Both the position numbers and the translations under genes were made by a program. The notes under the pieces were generated by a model. It did no database searches and had not been told where the DNA came from. It saw nothing but the letters and a program-made list of their open reading frames with translations. A stretch of DNA of 63,539 nucleotides, filler included, from Thraustochytrium aureum (taxonomy: Eukaryota), in assembly GCA_012862495.1 (NCBI GenBank). It is 5 parts of 2 records of this genome, joined end to end, with 100 filler letters (N's around TTAATTAATTAA, not from the genome) between each part and the next. Parts side by side here need not be neighbours in the genome. Positions count along the whole stretch, not along the records: positions 1 to 22,293 come from BLSG01000378.1; 4 more parts are not named here. One strand, 5' to 3'. Of the stretch, positions 1-10,947 are shown piece after piece (within the stretch, counting starts at the first letter, position 1; every line of letters starts with the position of its first letter).

Positions 1-764
1 ATGAAGTTGGTGTCAACGGTGTGGACGAAGCTGACCGCAATGCCGTCACCACCGGGGCTGGCATCCGTGTGCCGGAGCCAACAGCCGATTGTAATTTCGT
101 TGGTGAGGTCCGCGAAACCTGGCTGAGCAAAGTCGACAAAGCCGCGACGGATAGAAGCGAGCGAGATCGAGTCAGGAAATGCAAGCGCGTGGCCTCGTTG
201 CGCGGTCCATCCGCTCCCATGTGCCCGCGCAGCTACTGAAAGCAACCCGGCGACCACGAGGAGAGGACGGCGTGCAGCCGCCATTCTCTCGCGCCGCGTT
301 TGTGTATCTCGACTTGTCCTTGACGCGGTGGCCGCGCCTTGCCTGGTCTGCTTGACCAACACCTCATTTGCGAACTGGTGAACACTGCCGTGGAAGACTG
401 TTTCTGGTGCCGTTGTATTTTGGACGAGCGATGGCCTCACCGTTTCACTTGCGTTCTACGTACATACCCAGTACTTACTCAGAGTAGAGTAGGCCTGTCT
501 CCAACTCTTCCTCCATCCACGCGCCGCTCCTCAACCATTGGCTGCCGGTTTTGGTGAGGAGGATTGATGATGATGAGTGTTCACTGAAGCTACAATTTGC
601 AACGGCCATACAGGAGGGTATTTCGAGGCAGCTTGGTCTAGATCGGGTACGAGTAGGCTGGCTTCCCAGCACAGCAAAGGCGCTTCCACGGTCATCCATC
701 CATCCATCCATCATCCATGGCTATACTGGGGTACCGTGCTGGTATTACTGGGTTTAATTGGCTA

Positions 765-1424
<660 letters not shown>

Positions 1425-3309
1425 TCACGGGGAAACACCGCGCCACAACTCCACTGTTATCCCGAGAGAAGCCATAGCGCTGCGGCGGGGCGAACGGCTC
1501 GGTTTTAGATACGCCGAGAGGGGCCTTCGCGCGCCGATTCGCACGCAGCGAGGCGGCCCCTCTGCGCAGGCTCTGAGGAACGCCGCGAGAACGGCCCGGC
1601 GCGATGTGAGGCGGCGGTCGCTGGCCACGAAAGCGGGAGGGTGCCGATCGGCCCAGACCCTAGCGGGAACCTAACCCTGGCCCGCTAATGTGGGATTGAG
1701 GAGGCCCAGCCCGGGCCTAGGGCTAGGGTTTGCAGCGGCGGCAGNNNNNNNNNNNNNNNNNNNNNNNNNNNNNNNNNNNNNNNNNNNNNNNNNNNNNNNN
1801 NNNNNNNNNNNNNNNNNNNNNNNNNNNNNNNNNNNNNNNNNNNNNNNNNNNNNNNNNNNNNNNNNNNNNNNNNNNNNNNNNNNNNNNNNNNNNNNNNNNN
1901 NNNNNNCACCTGCATCTGGCAACAGCTGCTCTTCCTCGGCCTCGTCGCGCTTCCGTCCTATGCGTTCGGCGTCTTCTGCTCTTCCGTGTCGCTTCTCGTT
2001 CGGGGTCTGCATCAACCTCGCTGCAAGGCCTGACCACCGACAACAGCTCGAAGCTCTCGTCGGCAACTCTCTACTCACTCCCAGCGTTCAGGAACGCGCT
2101 CCTCGCGTGCTTGGCGCCACCAAGTCCGGGTAAGTAGGCCTACCGGTAAGTACTCTACATTCTGGCGAGTTCGCCCCGGCGGTTCAGCGCCGCCGCGCTG
2201 GCAGGCGAGGGTTCGCCCGAGTCAAGAATGCGGAGAGTGGGGACTTCCCTGCGACTCGTGCGGCCCCTCCGAGTCACTCGCTGCAGCACCATCCTGATGC
2301 CCTTCATTGCCCCCGAGTTCGCCTCCCGAGTCCCGATGCGTGCGGCTTCGGCACTCCTCTTGCCGCGGCGGTGCGGATGGAGTGATGGAGTTGGGGAGTG
2401 TTGAGGTTGGCTGGGAGCGCGACTCGCGAACTTGACGCACCGCGCGCGCTCCGAGGCGCCCCGAGGCCGCAGGGGTTGGCAGCCGTGCGGGGCGGCGGCG
2501 TACCGGTAGGCGCCCGCTGGTCTTCAGTAGTACGCTGGGAGCGACGGCGATGAGTGGAGCACAACTGGCTTCTCTCGCTGTCGAGCGCCGAGCTCGTTGC
2601 TCTTGTGAAGCAGGCCAACGCGGATGCGGCAAGCTCGCTCGCGAGACGGCGCTGCTGCAAGGCGAGCTCGAGGAGAGTCCCTGCTAGTATGTACTAGTCT
2701 GCAGCGGCTCGCTGGGATGGGCCGGCCCGTTCCGCACGTTCAGCCCGTCTACGGAACGCCTCGCTTTTTCTCTTGCCTTGCACGGCAAAGCCCGCTGCCG
2801 GCCATCGCATTCTCTTGCGTGGCGTTGTTGCTGTCGGCCACCCACGCCGCTGCGGCAGCGGCAAGAGTCTCACACCCGTCGGCGGCGAAGGGCAGTTCCA
2901 CGGGCAGCAGCTTAGCAAGTACTGTGCGATCGCCCAGCGCTCGTGCCACGGCGGATGAGGATTAGCATACCCTCTAGAGGTATGGATTGATTGAAATGAG
3001 GTCGTGGTGGTTTGTATCTCTAGATAGATTTGTCATGGCGTGGCCGTCGACGATTGCCGCGACGCTGCCATGCCCGTGGTTTCAGCTCGACAGCAAAGCT
3101 CTTTGGCCATGAACGTCCTAAGCCCCGGGCTGGGGCCGAGGCCTCTAGCAGGAGTTAGGCCACGAGCAGATTTAAAACGGTGCGGGCCGGAAGGCGAGAC
3201 TATCGCTACCTGCATAGGTTCGCGACAACCCGCGCAAGCGCACGCACCAGCGGAGTTTCCCACGAACCAGCGGAGTTTCCCACTACCGCTGGTCGACGGC
3301 AACCATCCC

Positions 3310-6051
3310 TTACTTTTCTGTAAGGGCCCGGCAGCCGCTCCAGTCGCTGGGAGCCGTAAAGCCGCTCTCGGCCAGGACTTCCAGAAGCGAGACAGAGGGT
3401 CCATCATCCGGCTTTACCTCAAGAATGCCCTCGAGCTCCTCCTTGCACTGCTCCCAATTGCCAGCAAAGTAGGATTTCATGGCATTCGCAAAGTCGGCCA
3501 GGAAGTTGTCCGGCAAGCCAGATTGAATCTCGTCCATTTCAGGTCCGTCAAAGTCAAACGGCAAGCGCACACCGTCCACGGAATACATCGGCAGCCCGAA
3601 CGACTTGGGGAAGGTGATGATGTCGCAAGTATATAGTCCCATGGGGTTGATGCTTCCCTTGACCATGACCTTGTCGATCTGGCGGCACCGCCTGCGCGCC
3701 TTTGTCGACAGCGCGTCGTAAAAGTCCTCCGATATAAGCAGCGGAGTGCGGAACTGCTTGGTTGCTGCTTCGAGGCGGGCGGCCATGTTGACGTTGGGCG
3801 AGAGGTAAGAGGCATCGATCTTGTATTTGGACCCGATCGTGCCCTCAATAGCCCAGCCGATGTGCAGCCCCATCCCGAGCTTGATTTCAAAGTTGTTCTC
3901 ACCAAATCGCTTGCGGATGAGCGGGTGGTCCTTGTACTCGTTCAGGCAACCCCCTTGGCCATTCTCGCGCTTGAGGTCGATGATCGAGCGCAGAAAGGCC
4001 ACCAATGCACAATCGCAAAGGTTGCCCGCCGCAGGCGAGCGGCGCTTGTCGCGCACTTTCCACACAAGCAGGAAGGCGTCTCCAATGTTTTTGTTGGCAG
4101 CGCCGAACCACTGGTGCGTAGCCTCATGCACGATTGCGCCGACTCGGTTGACATAGACCATGACCTTCTCCTGTAGGCACTCGGTGGTGTCGGTGAAGTT
4201 GCGAATGTCGCAAAAGCCAAAGATGGCGTCAATCTTGACACCGTCGCACATGGGCTCGATCCCAGAGTTGTTGCTCATGTTTTTGGCGATAATCTCCGAC
4301 CCGGCCTCCCCAAAGCCGATCTGCAGGAGTTGGCCAATCTTTGCAATGGTACGCTGAAGCAGAACGGTTTCGTCGTCGTCAACGTTGTCGCCGTTTGCGG
4401 TATCGTTGAATATGTCCTGGTTCCCCATTGGGTTTTCGGCGAGCTCTTTGACCGAGCGCACCATGCGCTCTATAGGGCGAATCACGAGCCTCTCAGCGTC
4501 GCTTGAGAAGAGCAAGCTCCCCACGACGAGCACAAAGATGACAAAGACCGTCTGCAGGATATTGAGCGCCGCGGCCCAGCGAGCAGACGCTCGAATGTCA
4601 AAGTAGGCATACGAGGCGCACGAAGTGCTCGCGTTGTAGACGACCTCGTCATTTTCGTAGCAGATATCCACGCCGACTACCTCAAACTCTGTGGTCCGAA
4701 AGTTGGTGTCGATTTCTGTCTCGGTTTTGGCTGTGTCCGTCGAGGGGGTATACCCGTTGTGAGTGTTCTGGAACTGCTCCGTGCCGTCTTCAGGGTCGAA
4801 AAACGTCGTTTCGCGCATGAACGTGTGCGCGAGACCGTCTGCGTCATTGAAGATCTTGATGTACAACAGGCGTTGATCCTCGATGCCGCGCGTGAAGTCC
4901 TCGACCTCCCCTTTGAATTCCGAGTTTACAAACGTCGCGAAATCGTCCGACGACGATTTGGCAGCCTGGAACCGCTTGTGAAGGCGATAAAGCCCGTACG
5001 TGCCTCTGCTTGGCGCGGCGATGTACATCGAGTAGTCGAAGAACTGCACGAAGATCAGCATGCTCAAAACTACCGTGATCACGCGCTGCATGGTTTTGTC
5101 GGATAGCTTCTTGCCGACAATGGTGGGGTTGTTCTCTTCCTCGTGGTCCAGATCGGTGCCTTTCCTTCCAGCCTTGTAGAGTTTCACAACGCGTGCGAGG
5201 CGCACAATGCGCACGATGCGGACAATGCGACTAGACTTGGTGCCGACGCGCGAAGCGCGAATCGCCGCGAGAGCATCTTTAGTCGACACCGTCGACTGCT
5301 CTGTAAGCATGGCCTCCAGCACTGGCTCCCAGATGAAGCCGACGTCGCTGATCATGGTCGTTGTGGCGATGACGTCGAGCCAGAAGTAAAAGCTCTTGTA
5401 AAACCCGGGCTTGACGAGGGTGAAGATGATCAGCTCGGCTAAAAAGCAGATCATGGCCAGAAGTGAAAGCGAGTATATCAGGGTGTCCATGCTCTTGTCG
5501 AGCATTGCGGCGCGAATGTCATCCGCAAAGAGGGCGTAAAACGTAACGCCCATGATGAAAAAGTTCCATCGGTGCCCCTCCATGAAGCAGTAAACAACGT
5601 ACGTGTAGGGCCACTTCTCCTTGATGGCCTGCTGGCGAGCTTGAGCCTTGGAGAGTACGATGCGGCCGTCTCCCAGTTCATGGTGCGAGAGCACGATGCC
5701 GCCACTCGTGCCCATCACGCTCTTTCCGCTTGGCCCATCGAGTATCCCCGTGGCAGGGGCCACCTTGGCGGTGGAGGCCATGAGTAGGCTCGAGGAGCTG
5801 CCACTCACCGCGGTCCACGCGGCGCTCCCAGAGTTTGTCGCCTGCTTTTTAAGTTGGATTGGATGTACTTTGCTCCTGCTCTCAAATCCTCGGAAACTGC
5901 TGTTTGCTCCGACGGGATCACCCGCGCGCGCCGCTCGCTCGGGCCGGTGGGGAAGCCTGAATGATTCTGTTTTCTTGTTGCCGCTCAACGACTGACTAGA
6001 TGAAGTTCTTCCGTATAACTCAGTTGCTCGGCTTTCCATGACCTTTGCCAT
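3310..6051 (-). CDS. Ion-channel/voltage-sensor-type class III adenylyl cyclase (Paramecium AC / Plasmodium ACalpha-like)
   Basis: S1-S3 hydrophobic helices; S4-like SRIVRIVRIVRLARVVKLYK; two further TM helices; LLQIGFGEAG; cyclase motifs FCDIRNFT, NKNIGDAFL, GLHIGWAIEG, KIDASYLSPNVNMAARLE; C-terminal DGPS...WSGCRALTEK. The start is taken at MAKVMES. Confidence 0.9.
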   Translation of the reverse strand: MAKVMESRATELYGRTSSSQSLSGNKKTESFRLPHRPERAARAGDPVGANSSFRGFESRSKVHPIQLKKQATNSGSAAWTAVSGSSSSLLMASTAKVAPATGILDGPSGKSVMGTSGGIVLSHHELGDGRIVLSKAQARQQAIKEKWPYTYVVYCFMEGHRWNFFIMGVTFYALFADDIRAAMLDKSMDTLIYSLSLLAMICFLAELIIFTLVKPGFYKSFYFWLDVIATTTMISDVGFIWEPVLEAMLTEQSTVSTKDALAAIRASRVGTKSSRIVRIVRIVRLARVVKLYKAGRKGTDLDHEEENNPTIVGKKLSDKTMQRVITVVLSMLIFVQFFDYSMYIAAPSRGTYGLYRLHKRFQAAKSSSDDFATFVNSEFKGEVEDFTRGIEDQRLLYIKIFNDADGLAHTFMRETTFFDPEDGTEQFQNTHNGYTPSTDTAKTETEIDTNFRTTEFEVVGVDICYENDEVVYNASTSCASYAYFDIRASARWAAALNILQTVFVIFVLVVGSLLFSSDAERLVIRPIERMVRSVKELAENPMGNQDIFNDTANGDNVDDDETVLLQRTIAKIGQLLQIGFGEAGSEIIAKNMSNNSGIEPMCDGVKIDAIFGFCDIRNFTDTTECLQEKVMVYVNRVGAIVHEATHQWFGAANKNIGDAFLLVWKVRDKRRSPAAGNLCDCALVAFLRSIIDLKRENGQGGCLNEYKDHPLIRKRFGENNFEIKLGMGLHIGWAIEGTIGSKYKIDASYLSPNVNMAARLEAATKQFRTPLLISEDFYDALSTKARRRCRQIDKVMVKGSINPMGLYTCDIITFPKSFGLPMYSVDGVRLPFDFDGPEMDEIQSGLPDNFLADFANAMKSYFAGNWEQCKEELEGILEVKPDDGPSVSLLEVLAESGFTAPSDWSGCRALTEK

Positions 6052-6332
6052 CAAGAGTGCATGCTTCNNNNNNNNNNNNNNNNNNNNNNNNNNNNNNNNN
6101 NNNNNNNNNNNNNNNNNNNNNNNNNNNNNNNNNNNNNNNNNNNNNNNNNNNNNNNNNNNNNNNNNNNNNNNNNNNNNNNNNNNNNNNNNNNNNNNNNNNN
6201 NNNNNNNNNNNNNNNNNNNNAGAGTGCATGCTTCGGCCACAAAGGCAGTTGTTCGGCGCAATAAACACGAGCACCCAGTCCACCCCGCCAACCCGCGCCC
6301 GGCAGCCCCTTCCACTCGGCTCCCCGTCCCTT

Positions 6333-6555
6333 CGCTCGCTCGCTCGCTCGCTCGCTCGCTCCTGCTCTTCGCTAGCGCAAGCGCTCGCTTTTCAGCCGAT
6401 GCCGAGCCCTGCCGCTGACCCCTGCCGCTGACACCCGCCGCCGATACCTGCTGCTGCTCCTCCTCCTCCTGCTGCTGCTGCTGCTGCTGCTGATGCTGCT
6501 GCTGCTGATGCTGCTGCTGCTGGTGGCGCGCTTCAGGTCTGCTGCGCTGCTGCTC
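6333..6555. repeat. (TCGC)n and (CTG/CAG)n microsatellites upstream of the cyclase
   Basis: Directly visible tandem repeats. Confidence 0.9.
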
Positions 6556-7496
6556 TGCCCCTTCTCGCCCATCCAACCGACACTTTACGAGTCGCCTCCC
6601 CCCCGCTGCCCTTGCGAGCAGACTCCGTCGCCCTCTTACTTTAGCGGTAAACTGGGCGAAGGACAGCAAAGGGGGCGGCGCGTTGTGAGAAACTCTCTTC
6701 TCTGCTCGTGCTTGCAGTGCGCTCTGCTTTCGTCAGTAGGAAAAACAAATCAAAAAACATCATGATGGTTGAAGCAAAGCCTGAATGCACTGAATCTGTT
6801 CTTCTGCATTCCGAGCGATCGCGCTGGGCAGCGTGGAGAGGCGGAGCGCGAACTGCCTCACTTGAGATGCAGAGGGCACCTGGGGCCTTTGGAGGGCGCG
6901 GGTCCCCCGATGCGGCGCCCGTGCGGAGGCCGAGGCCTCCGCTCTCGAGCGTGTCCGTTGGGGAGTCGCTGCTAGGTGGGCGAGTAGGGCCGGCCGTAGG
7001 AGTGCCCGCGGAACAGCGCTTGCCCGTTTCAAGCGATTCGCGATGCAAACGGACAAGTCGAGGTGGACCAAAGGCTCGCTGCGCATGCCGCGTCGGCGTC
7101 GGCGGCCAGGTCCGCGATGTAGCTGCGCTGTGCCATTTGGCCCCGAACGTTGCCCCGAGCTCGTTGTTGGACCTGCATGCTTGCACGCTTGCGCTGCATT
7201 CGCCGGACTCGCCCTGGCGCGAGGCAAGTGGGTAGCTTTGCAGCCTCTGCCGAAACCGCCGCCTGCTTGTTACATTAGCTAGCAAGCGCGCTACTTTGCG
7301 CGGGTTGGGCTCCGCGGCGTGGACGACGGCTCTTGCCTCCATCCACCCTCTGGCGCTGCTGCCACCGGCAGAAGAAGACCGTTTGCCGCAAGTGCGCGAC
7401 ACTGGTCAGTTCGCAGTGCGAAAGCGCTGCGACCGAGCCGCCGAGCAAGCCCTCTCTGACTTTCCCACACCGCTGCGCAGCGGGAAGGCGCGCAAG

Positions 7497-7923
7497 ATGG
7501 ACGAGGTAGACTGGGACCTCGTCCAGGAGATAGTTGTCCAGCTCGCCAAGCTGTCGCCGTCCGTCGCAAGAGTGGAACTCGCAACCATGGGCGATAAGCT
7601 CAGCGCAGAGAAGAAAAAGCTTCGCGGACTCGTGGCCAAACACGCGCAAGCCTGCGAGGAGCTTGCACGCGTCCGAAAGACGGTGGCGCGCGAGCGCGGG
7701 GCGCTTTTGGACGCATACAACAGACTCGAACAGGAGATCGGCAACCTGCAAGATAAACCAGAGCGCGACTCTGGCGAGATCAACCAGCTGTCGGTAGAGC
7801 TTGCCCAAGCCAAGCGCAAGCTCGACTCCAAAAGGGCCGAGCATGAAAAGTACCTCGCTGCGCATCTGCAGACAATGCGCAAGCGCGAGCGAATGGTGCT
7901 CGTTCAGGGCAAGTCGATCCGCA
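7497..7923 (+). CDS. Hypothetical coiled-coil protein, 5' part, runs into a gap
   Basis: MDEVDWDLVQEIV... has a charged, heptad-like composition and is open until the N gap. Confidence 0.55.
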
Positions 7924-8769
7924 NNNNNNNNNNNNNNNNNNNNNNNNNNNNNNNNNNNNNNNNNNNNNNNNNNNNNNNNNNNNNNNNNNNNNNNNNNNNN
8001 NNNNNNNNNNNNNNNNNNNNNNNNNNNNNNNNNNNNNNNNNNNNNNNNNNNNNNNNNNNNNNNNNNNNNNNNNNNNNNNNNNNNNNNNNNNNNNNNNNNN
8101 NNNNNNNNNNNNNNNNNNNNNNNNNNNNNNNNNNNNNNNNNNNNNNNNNNNNNNNNNNNNNNNNNNNNNNNNNNNNNNNNNNNNNNNNNNNNNNNNNNNN
8201 NNNNNNNNNNNNNNNNNNNNNNNNNNNNNNNNNNNNNNNNNNNNNNNNNNNNNNNNNNNNNNNNNNNNNNNNNNNNNNNNNNNNNNNNNNNNNNNNNNNN
8301 NNNNNNNNNNNNNNNNNNNNNNNNNNNNNNNNNNNNNNNNNNNNNNNNNNNNNNNNNNNNNNNNNNNNNNNNNNNNNNNNNNNNNNNNNNNNNNNNNNNN
8401 NNNNNNNNNNNNNNNNNNNNNNNNNNNNNNNNNNNNNNNNNNNNNNNNNNNNNNNNNNNNNNNNNNNNNNNNNNNNNNNNNNNNNNNNNNNNNNNNNNNN
8501 NNNNNNNNNNNNNNNNNNNNNNNNNNNNNNNNNNNNNNNNNNNNNNNNNNNNNNNNNNNNNNNNNNNNNNNNNNNNNNNNNNNNNNNNNNNNNNNNNNNN
8601 NNNNNNNNNNNNNNNNNNNNNNNNNNNNNNNNNNNNNNNNNNNNNNNNNNNNNNNNNNNNNNNNNNNNNNNNNNNNNNNNNNNNNNNNNNNNNNNNNTGA
8701 AGCATCTCGCTCCCTGAAACCTCTCGCACTTCAAGACCCCGGGCCATTCAAGACCTCTCGCCCTCCACC

Positions 8770-9977
8770 TCAGCTCGTCTTCAGGCCGAGCATCTGCCGA
8801 AGGGCTGCGGTCGCGGTTGCGTTAGCCGCCTCGGCCCCTCCGCCCTGGTCGCGTCCTGGGCGGAGAGGCGAAGGCGTGATCGCATTGGTCGTCTGCGGCG
8901 TGCGAATTTGCGTCGGGGTCGACCAAGCCCTAGGTGGCGGACTCGCTACCACTGCGTCCATTGCAGCGCGCGCAGATGCAGACGGTGGGCGGTCGAGGGC
9001 TTCTCGCTCGTCATTCTGCTGCGCGTTGAGTTTCGCGAGGCTCACGAGCGATGCAGGCGGCAGAGGGGGCGACGGGATTCCAAACCTGTTTGGCTTGCCC
9101 TCGTCGCTCCGCAGCGGTGTGTCACAGCCAGTTTTGCTCGCGACGCTCCGGCATTCCGCTGGCCACTTGCGAAAGCAGGGATCGGGAGAGATTTGGGGTC
9201 GGGCGAGTTCTGGAAAGATGACCAAGCGAACGCGCTCTTGCTGGTGTGAACCGGGGTCCGCTTCTTCGCATTCGAATTGGGTGCGCCCCCTGCGGCGGAG
9301 CCCGCCCCGCCCTGGGAGGCTTGGTTCCCCTTTCCCGACCTTTTCTCAGTGCTGCCGCCGCCGCCGCTGCCGCTGTTGCGCGTCGGAGGAGGCCGCTGCG
9401 GCGTGGACATTCCTCGGCCTTGCTGACCGGTTGAGCCATGTGAGGCTTTGTGAATCCCCAGACGTTTCTCGATAGCGTTGATTGAGCTGCACATGCCCTG
9501 CAAGGTTCCCACGGTGCGCCCTACGCCTTTGACCGCGATCCAGCGGAGGAGGATCTCGTTGTCGCGCCAGTCGAGCGCTTCAGGACGCAGGGCGCCGAGA
9601 TCTTCAAACGCCGCAGGGTCAGACCTCACCTCGGTCACCACGCGCTCTACGGCGGCGCTATCTAACAAGGGTCTGCTGGTATGGGGCAGGTCGATCGCGT
9701 CAGGGTTGTTCGCCGCGTATTCAATCGCCCCGGCAGCCTGCCCGTCCGCCGTTCCAGGTATTTGTATCATCAACTGCATGAGATGAAACAGTTTCTCAAC
9801 TCTGCTCTTCAGCGAGGCAAGTTCGGCGCTCAGCCGCGCCGGCTGCCCCGCACCCGCCGCCTGCTGGCCCCCGCCTCGTCCGCCGCCGCCTTGGTTCTTG
9901 CCACGCCCTCGGCCTGCGGCGCGACGTTTGGCAGGGCTCTGGCCATCTTGGCGCCCATTCGTCGGCCTGTCCGCCAT
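8770..9977 (-). CDS. PNRC/Edc1-like motif protein (candidate mRNA decapping activator); probable frameshift near 9135
   Basis: SAFAWSSFQNSPDPKSLPIPAF matches the PNRC-type motif. The adjacent frame ends in a Pro-rich tail and ALRQMLGLKTS*. Confidence 0.65.
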
Positions 9978-10947
9978 CCCACACAAACACGGCCTCCTGC
10001 CGGCCTGCGTGAACCTGCGCGTACGTGCCTGCCGGCCTGGGCCTGTGCGTGCCTTGTTCAGAAGCCGCAGCCAATTCTGCGAGGACTCTTCTGCGAGGAC
10101 TCTGCGAGGACACCGCGCGTCCGTTTTGGGCTCTTCTCCGTCGCCTGCTTGTTGTTCTGCTCTTCCTGCCCGCAGGGGCAGACACCATAAACAGCAGGGC
10201 AACATGACGAANNNNNNNNNNNNNNNNNNNNNNNNNNNNNNNNNNNNNNNNNNNNNNNNNNNNNNNNNNNNNNNNNNNNNNNNNNNNNNNNNNNNNNNNN
10301 NNNNNNNNNNNNNNNNNNNNNNNNNNNNNNNNNNNNNNNNNNNNNNNNNNNNNNNNNNNNNNNNNNNNNNNNNNNNNNNNNNNNNNNNNNNNNNNNNNNN
10401 NNNNNNNNNNNNNNNNNNNNNNNNNNNNNNNNNNNNNNNNNNNNNNNNNNNNNNNNNNNNNNNNNNNNNNNNNNNNNNNNNNNNNNNNNNNNNNNNNNNN
10501 NNNNNNNNNNNNNNNNNNNNNNNNNNNNNNNNNNNNNNNNNNNNNNNNNNNNNNNNNNNNNNNNNNNNNNNNNNNNNNNNNNNNNNNNNNNNNNNNNNNN
10601 NNNNNNNNNNNNNNNNNNNNNNNNNNNNNNNNNNNNNNNNNNNNNNNNNNNNNNNNNNNNNNNNNNNNNNNNNNNNNNNNNNNNNNNNNNNNNNNNNNNN
10701 NNNNNNNNNNNNNNNNNNNNNNNNNNNNNNNNNNNNNNNNNNNNNNNNNNNNNNNNNNNNNNNNNNNNNNNNNNNNNNNNNNNNNNNNNNNNNNNNNNNN
10801 NNNNNNNNNNNNNNNNNNNNNNNNNNNNNNNNNNNNNNNNNNNNNNNNNNNNNNNNNNNNNNNNNNNNNNNNNNNNNNNNNNNNNNNNNNNNNNNNNNNN
10901 NNNNNNNNNNNNNNNNNNNNNNNNNNNNNNNNNNNNNNNNNNNNNNC

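Noticed and set aside
1..239. Possible 3' end of an upstream gene
   Set aside because: The frame is open but has no recognisable motif, so it cannot be supported.
3246..3283. Short exact tandem duplications (also 37391-37430, 46860-46923) as mobile-element target-site duplications
   Set aside because: The copies are adjacent, with no intervening element, terminal repeats or transposase; they look like simple slippage or assembly duplications.
6052..6669. PolyQ N-terminal extension of the cyclase in the 1119 aa ORF
   Set aside because: The gap flanks repeat the same 14-mer (6054-6067 = 6221-6234), suggesting a false gap. Collapsing it takes the upstream segment out of frame.
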